Part shown: positions 42,894-45,903 of the stretch, piece after piece | How the letters are laid out: each line of letters begins with the position of its first letter | Position numbering within the stretch: position 1 is the first letter of the stretch | Origin: Candidatus Falkowbacteria bacterium LH_S3 | Lineage (GTDB): Bacteria; Patescibacteriota; Patescibacteriia; Patescibacteriales; JAGXOH01 | Reading direction: 5' to 3' | Length of the DNA: 45,903 nucleotides | Assembly (NCBI GenBank): GCA_023659985.1 | Contig: JAGXOH010000002.1 | Span: 1 to 45,903, forward strand | Position numbers and translations under genes: made by a program | The notes under the pieces: model-generated | Databases searched by the model: none | Told to the model about the DNA's origin: nothing | Seen by the model: the letters and a program-made list of their open reading frames with translations, nothing else

Positions 42894-44336
42894 ATGCTTA
42901 TGTTACAGTTTTACAATACCCTAACCCGAAAAAAGGACTTTTTCCAACCCATCAACAAAAATATTATTAAAATATATTCATGTGGGCCTACTGTTTACAA
43001 TTATGCTCATATTGGAAATCTAAGTGCGTATTTATTCGCGGATTTGTTAAAGAGATACTTAAGATATTCAGGCTATAAATTAATTGACGTAATGAATTTA
43101 ACGGATGTTGATGATAAAACCATAAAAGCTTCCCAAGAAAATAATCAACCACTGAGACAATATACATCGTTTTTTAGTAATGCATTATTGGAGGATTTTG
43201 AAAAATTGAATATTATACGGCCTAAAGTTTTATGCAGAGCGACAGAGCACATTAGCGAAATGATTGAATTGATTCAAAAATTAATTAATAATGGGTATGC
43301 TTACAAGGCCGATGGCGGGTCTGTTTATTATAAAATATCTAGATTTAAAGATTACGGAAAATTTGCTCGACTCAAAAAAGATCAATTAAAAAATGATGTG
43401 AGTGGTAGAATTAATAACGATGAATATAAAAAAGAAGAGGCTACTGATTTTGTCTTGTGGAAAAAGTGGAGTAATAAAGACGGAGAAGTTTATTGGGATT
43501 CCCCGTTTGGCAAAGGACGGCCTGGTTGGCATATAGAATGTTCGGCAATGAGCATGAAATACTTAGATGAAACTTTCGATATTCACACCGGAGCGGTTGA
43601 TTTGATATTTCCTCATCATCAGAATGAAATCGCTCAAAGCGAGGCCGCGACAGGGAAACAATTCGTTCGTTTTTGGTTGCATAGAGGATTCCTAAAAATT
43701 AACAGTGAGAAAATGTCAAAAAGCTTGGGAAATATATATACCCTGAAAGATATTCAAAAAGAGATTTCTAACCCGTTGGCCTTTAGATATCTAGTTTTAA
43801 CAAGCCACTATCGACGCGGTTTAAATTGTACATTTAAATCCCTTAAAATGGCCTCTAACTCGTTGAATAGGTTACAGCATTTTATTAAGAGGATATCTGA
43901 GATAAATAGTGAAATCGGCAATGTTAATAGCAAGGAGGATATTAACAAAATCAAAGTATATGTAGAAAATTCTAAAAAAAATTTCAGAAATGCCATGAAC
44001 GATGATTTGAATACGCCAAAGGCCATGGCGGATCTTTTTGATTTTTTGAAAAAAATAAATAGACTAGTCGATGAGAATAAAGTTGGTATTAAGGGGGCAA
44101 AAATGATTTTAAATTTTTTGCAAGAAATTAATCAAGTTTGGGGATTTGTAAAATTCAGCGTGGAAAAAATTGACAAAGATTTTAAAAATAAGATAGAGGA
44201 TCTAATTAAAAAACGCAATGAGTATCGGCTCAAAAATGACTGGGCGAATGCCGATAGAATTAGAGAAAAATTAATAGAAATGAATGTAGTTATTAGAGAT
44301 AACAATGGTTCAACTAAATGGGAGATTAAAAAATAA
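42894..44336 (+). CDS. cysS: Cysteine--tRNA ligase
   Basis: HIGH motif YAHIGNLSAY, KMSKS motif, zinc-site context CGPTVY and GWHIECSAM. Confidence 0.95.
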   Translation: MLMLQFYNTLTRKKDFFQPINKNIIKIYSCGPTVYNYAHIGNLSAYLFADLLKRYLRYSGYKLIDVMNLTDVDDKTIKASQENNQPLRQYTSFFSNALLEDFEKLNIIRPKVLCRATEHISEMIELIQKLINNGYAYKADGGSVYYKISRFKDYGKFARLKKDQLKNDVSGRINNDEYKKEEATDFVLWKKWSNKDGEVYWDSPFGKGRPGWHIECSAMSMKYLDETFDIHTGAVDLIFPHHQNEIAQSEAATGKQFVRFWLHRGFLKINSEKMSKSLGNIYTLKDIQKEISNPLAFRYLVLTSHYRRGLNCTFKSLKMASNSLNRLQHFIKRISEINSEIGNVNSKEDINKIKVYVENSKKNFRNAMNDDLNTPKAMADLFDFLKKINRLVDENKVGIKGAKMILNFLQEINQVWGFVKFSVEKIDKDFKNKIEDLIKKRNEYRLKNDWANADRIREKLIEMNVVIRDNNGSTKWEIKK

Positions 44337-44342
44337 AAACAT

Positions 44343-45442
44343 ATGATTAAATACTGTATTCCAACAAGTTTTGATGATCAGTTAATGGATAAAATTGTTG
44401 AGCTCAATAATAAATCAAATAATAAAATTTACGAACTTTATGGTTCAACAAAAGAAAGTCTTACGGGTAGCGGCAGATCGTCTAAAATTTTACAAGATGT
44501 TAGTATGGAAGGATTGAAAAAACATATAAAGAAATGTCATCAGAATGATAATTAAATTTAATTTTCTATTAAATGGTGCCTGCATGGGCGGAGAGGAGTT
44601 TAATAAGACTTATTTAAAAACAATTATTAATTTCGTCAAATTTTTCGATGATTTGCGGATCGATACTATAACAATAAGCAACCCCTATATAATCTTTGTC
44701 TTAAAAAATAAATTCCCCAAAATAAACATATGTCTCTCAATTATAGCAGGAGCGGGGAATATGCAGGAAATAAAAGTCTATGAAAAAATGGGTGTGGATT
44801 GGGTAGTCCTTGACGCCAATATTTGAGATGTTAAACTATTGAAAGCAATAAGAAAGCAAACAGATATTAAATTAGAGGTCTTGGCGAATAACCCCTGTTT
44901 GTTCAAATGTCCATTTCGAAGGTATCACCCGAAAATAGATTCTCACATCTCAATTAAAGAAAAAGAAATTCCGATATTTCCGTCTGTTATTTGTAAAAAT
45001 ATCAAATTAAATAATTTTGAGGAAATTATAAAAAGTCCATGGATTAGACCGTCCGACGTAAGCCATTATTTGGGGTTGGGGGTTGAATACGTGAAATTGG
45101 GTGGACGGGGTAAAAATACCGAATGGATCGTTAATATGGTTGATCATTATATTAATGAAAGAGACGGTGCAACTTTTCACCAGTTTGTAGAAAAAAATAG
45201 TTGGGATTTTTTTCGATGAAAAAATGAAGAAGTTAGAAGTGTCTATTCCGTCTTTCCCAAAAAATTGCATTGAATTTTTTGAGAAAAAGAATTTTGATTG
45301 CGGTGTCCAATGTGAAAAATGTGGTTATTGCAGGAAGATGTCGCAGCAGTATGTTAAAGTCAACGATCAAAAAATTAAGGAAAAAATATTCAAGAAATAT
45401 CAATTCTGTTATAAAAAAGGTTTCAAACCCTATTTAATATGA
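44343..45442 (+). pseudogene. Peptidase-U32-family-like gene broken into four ORFs (two frameshifts plus one in-frame TGA)
   Basis: ORFs at 44343-44555, 44545-44826, 44839-45219 and 44224-region successor 45224-45442 read as one protein if joined: ...HQND/IKFNFLLNGACMGG..., ...VVLDANI-TGA-DVKLLKAIRKQTDIKLEVLANNPCLFKCPFRRYH..., and a Cys-rich tail CGVQCEKCGYC. The family call is tentative. Confidence 0.5.
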
Positions 45443-45549
45443 ATTTTAAAGAGGCGATAATATTTTTAGATAATATATGCAAGTTTGAATCCAGAATCTA
45501 ACGCAACACTTTTAGCGTAAAGCGCTAATAAATGTTAAGTTAGATTCAT

Positions 45550-45903
45550 ATGAAAAATTACAAAAGATTAAATGATTTAGAGCGAGAGCATATAAGCCGG
45601 ATGCTCTCGCAAAAATGTTCTTTTCGCAATATAGCCAAAGCGATTGGCAGGAACGTAAGTACTATCAGCCGAGAAGTCAGGGCGGGTGGTTGCAACCAAT
45701 ATACCTATTGGGCCATCAAGGCGCAGAATCGAGCTAGAAGGAATTCAACCAAAAAAAAGTTGGTAAGCGTAAGCTGAATAATAATCCAAAATTGTGGGCA
45801 TATATCGTAAGGAAACTAAGAAAGAAATGGGCAGATTGCAGAAGAATTAAAAAAGGATTATCCTTTAGATATGACTATGCGCATTTCGCCTGAGGCGATA
45901 TAT
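45550..45903 (+). pseudogene. IS30-family transposase gene, 5' part, frameshifted (window-truncated)
   Basis: HTH LSQKCSFRNIAKAIGRNVSTISREVRAGG. After an A8 run the homologous reading continues in a second frame (KLNNNPKLWAYIVRKLRKKW), then a third (QIAEELKKDYPLDMTMRISPEAIY). Confidence 0.7.

Noticed and set aside
44827-44829. In-frame TGA in the U32-like gene (and another at 42128-42130 in the IS5-like gene) as evidence for TGA recoding (code 4/25) or selenocysteine.
   Set aside because: rnpA terminates at a TGA, and long housekeeping ORFs are intact under the standard code. Both TGA-containing genes also carry frameshifts, so decay is the simpler explanation. No SECIS-like element was evident.

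Overview
AT-rich bacterial window with small genes. Gene content suggests a Candidate Phyla Radiation / Patescibacteria-type genome: VirB2-like pilins, bactofilin, RodZ-like protein, short YidC and few metabolic genes. That placement is inference, not proof. The standard genetic code applies: long ORFs read through cleanly and rnpA ends in TGA. Positions 1-31.9 kb are mostly housekeeping. On the minus strand: a rubrerythrin::nucleotide-sugar dehydrogenase fusion, a lipid-kinase-like gene, bactofilin, YraN, a methyltransferase, a RodZ-like gene, an ABC importer/exporter set, ComM/YifB and a short hinge-less SMC. On the plus strand: a CMP-kinase-like gene, rplS, tRNA-Leu, tRNA-Val, tsaE, rpmH (45 codons, missing from the ORF track), rnpA, yidD and yidC. 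An ISNCY-like IS sits exactly at the yidC stop codon. A cell-surface block follows: six tandem VirB2-like pilin paralogues, a large polytopic membrane protein, a GT2 glycosyltransferase and a LysM-M23 peptidase. Positions 31.9-45.9 kb are mosaic and accessory. The 3' flank of tRNA-Ala(TGC) is duplicated around an IS30::HAD chimera. A 3.7-kb cassette carries a HypC-like gene, a fused small+large [NiFe]-hydrogenase, an EamA transporter and an unknown protein with a HypC-like tail. This cassette is bracketed by about 107-bp GC-rich inverted repeats embedded in much longer low-complexity palindromic repeats. Next come a tRNA-Leu(TAG)-like gene whose acceptor stem does not pair in my hand fold, a type II R-M pair, degraded IS5-like, rve-like and IS30-like transposase genes, cysS, and a U32-like gene broken into four ORFs. 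Two dispersed repeat families run through the window. One is a long A-rich/T-rich palindromic family at five loci. The other is a family of 28-31 nt hairpins next to tRNA genes, some followed by perfect DnaA-box 9-mers. The most interesting candidate is the repeat-insulated minimal fused [NiFe]-hydrogenase cassette. All coordinates and mismatch counts for non-ORF features were derived by hand and need computational confirmation.
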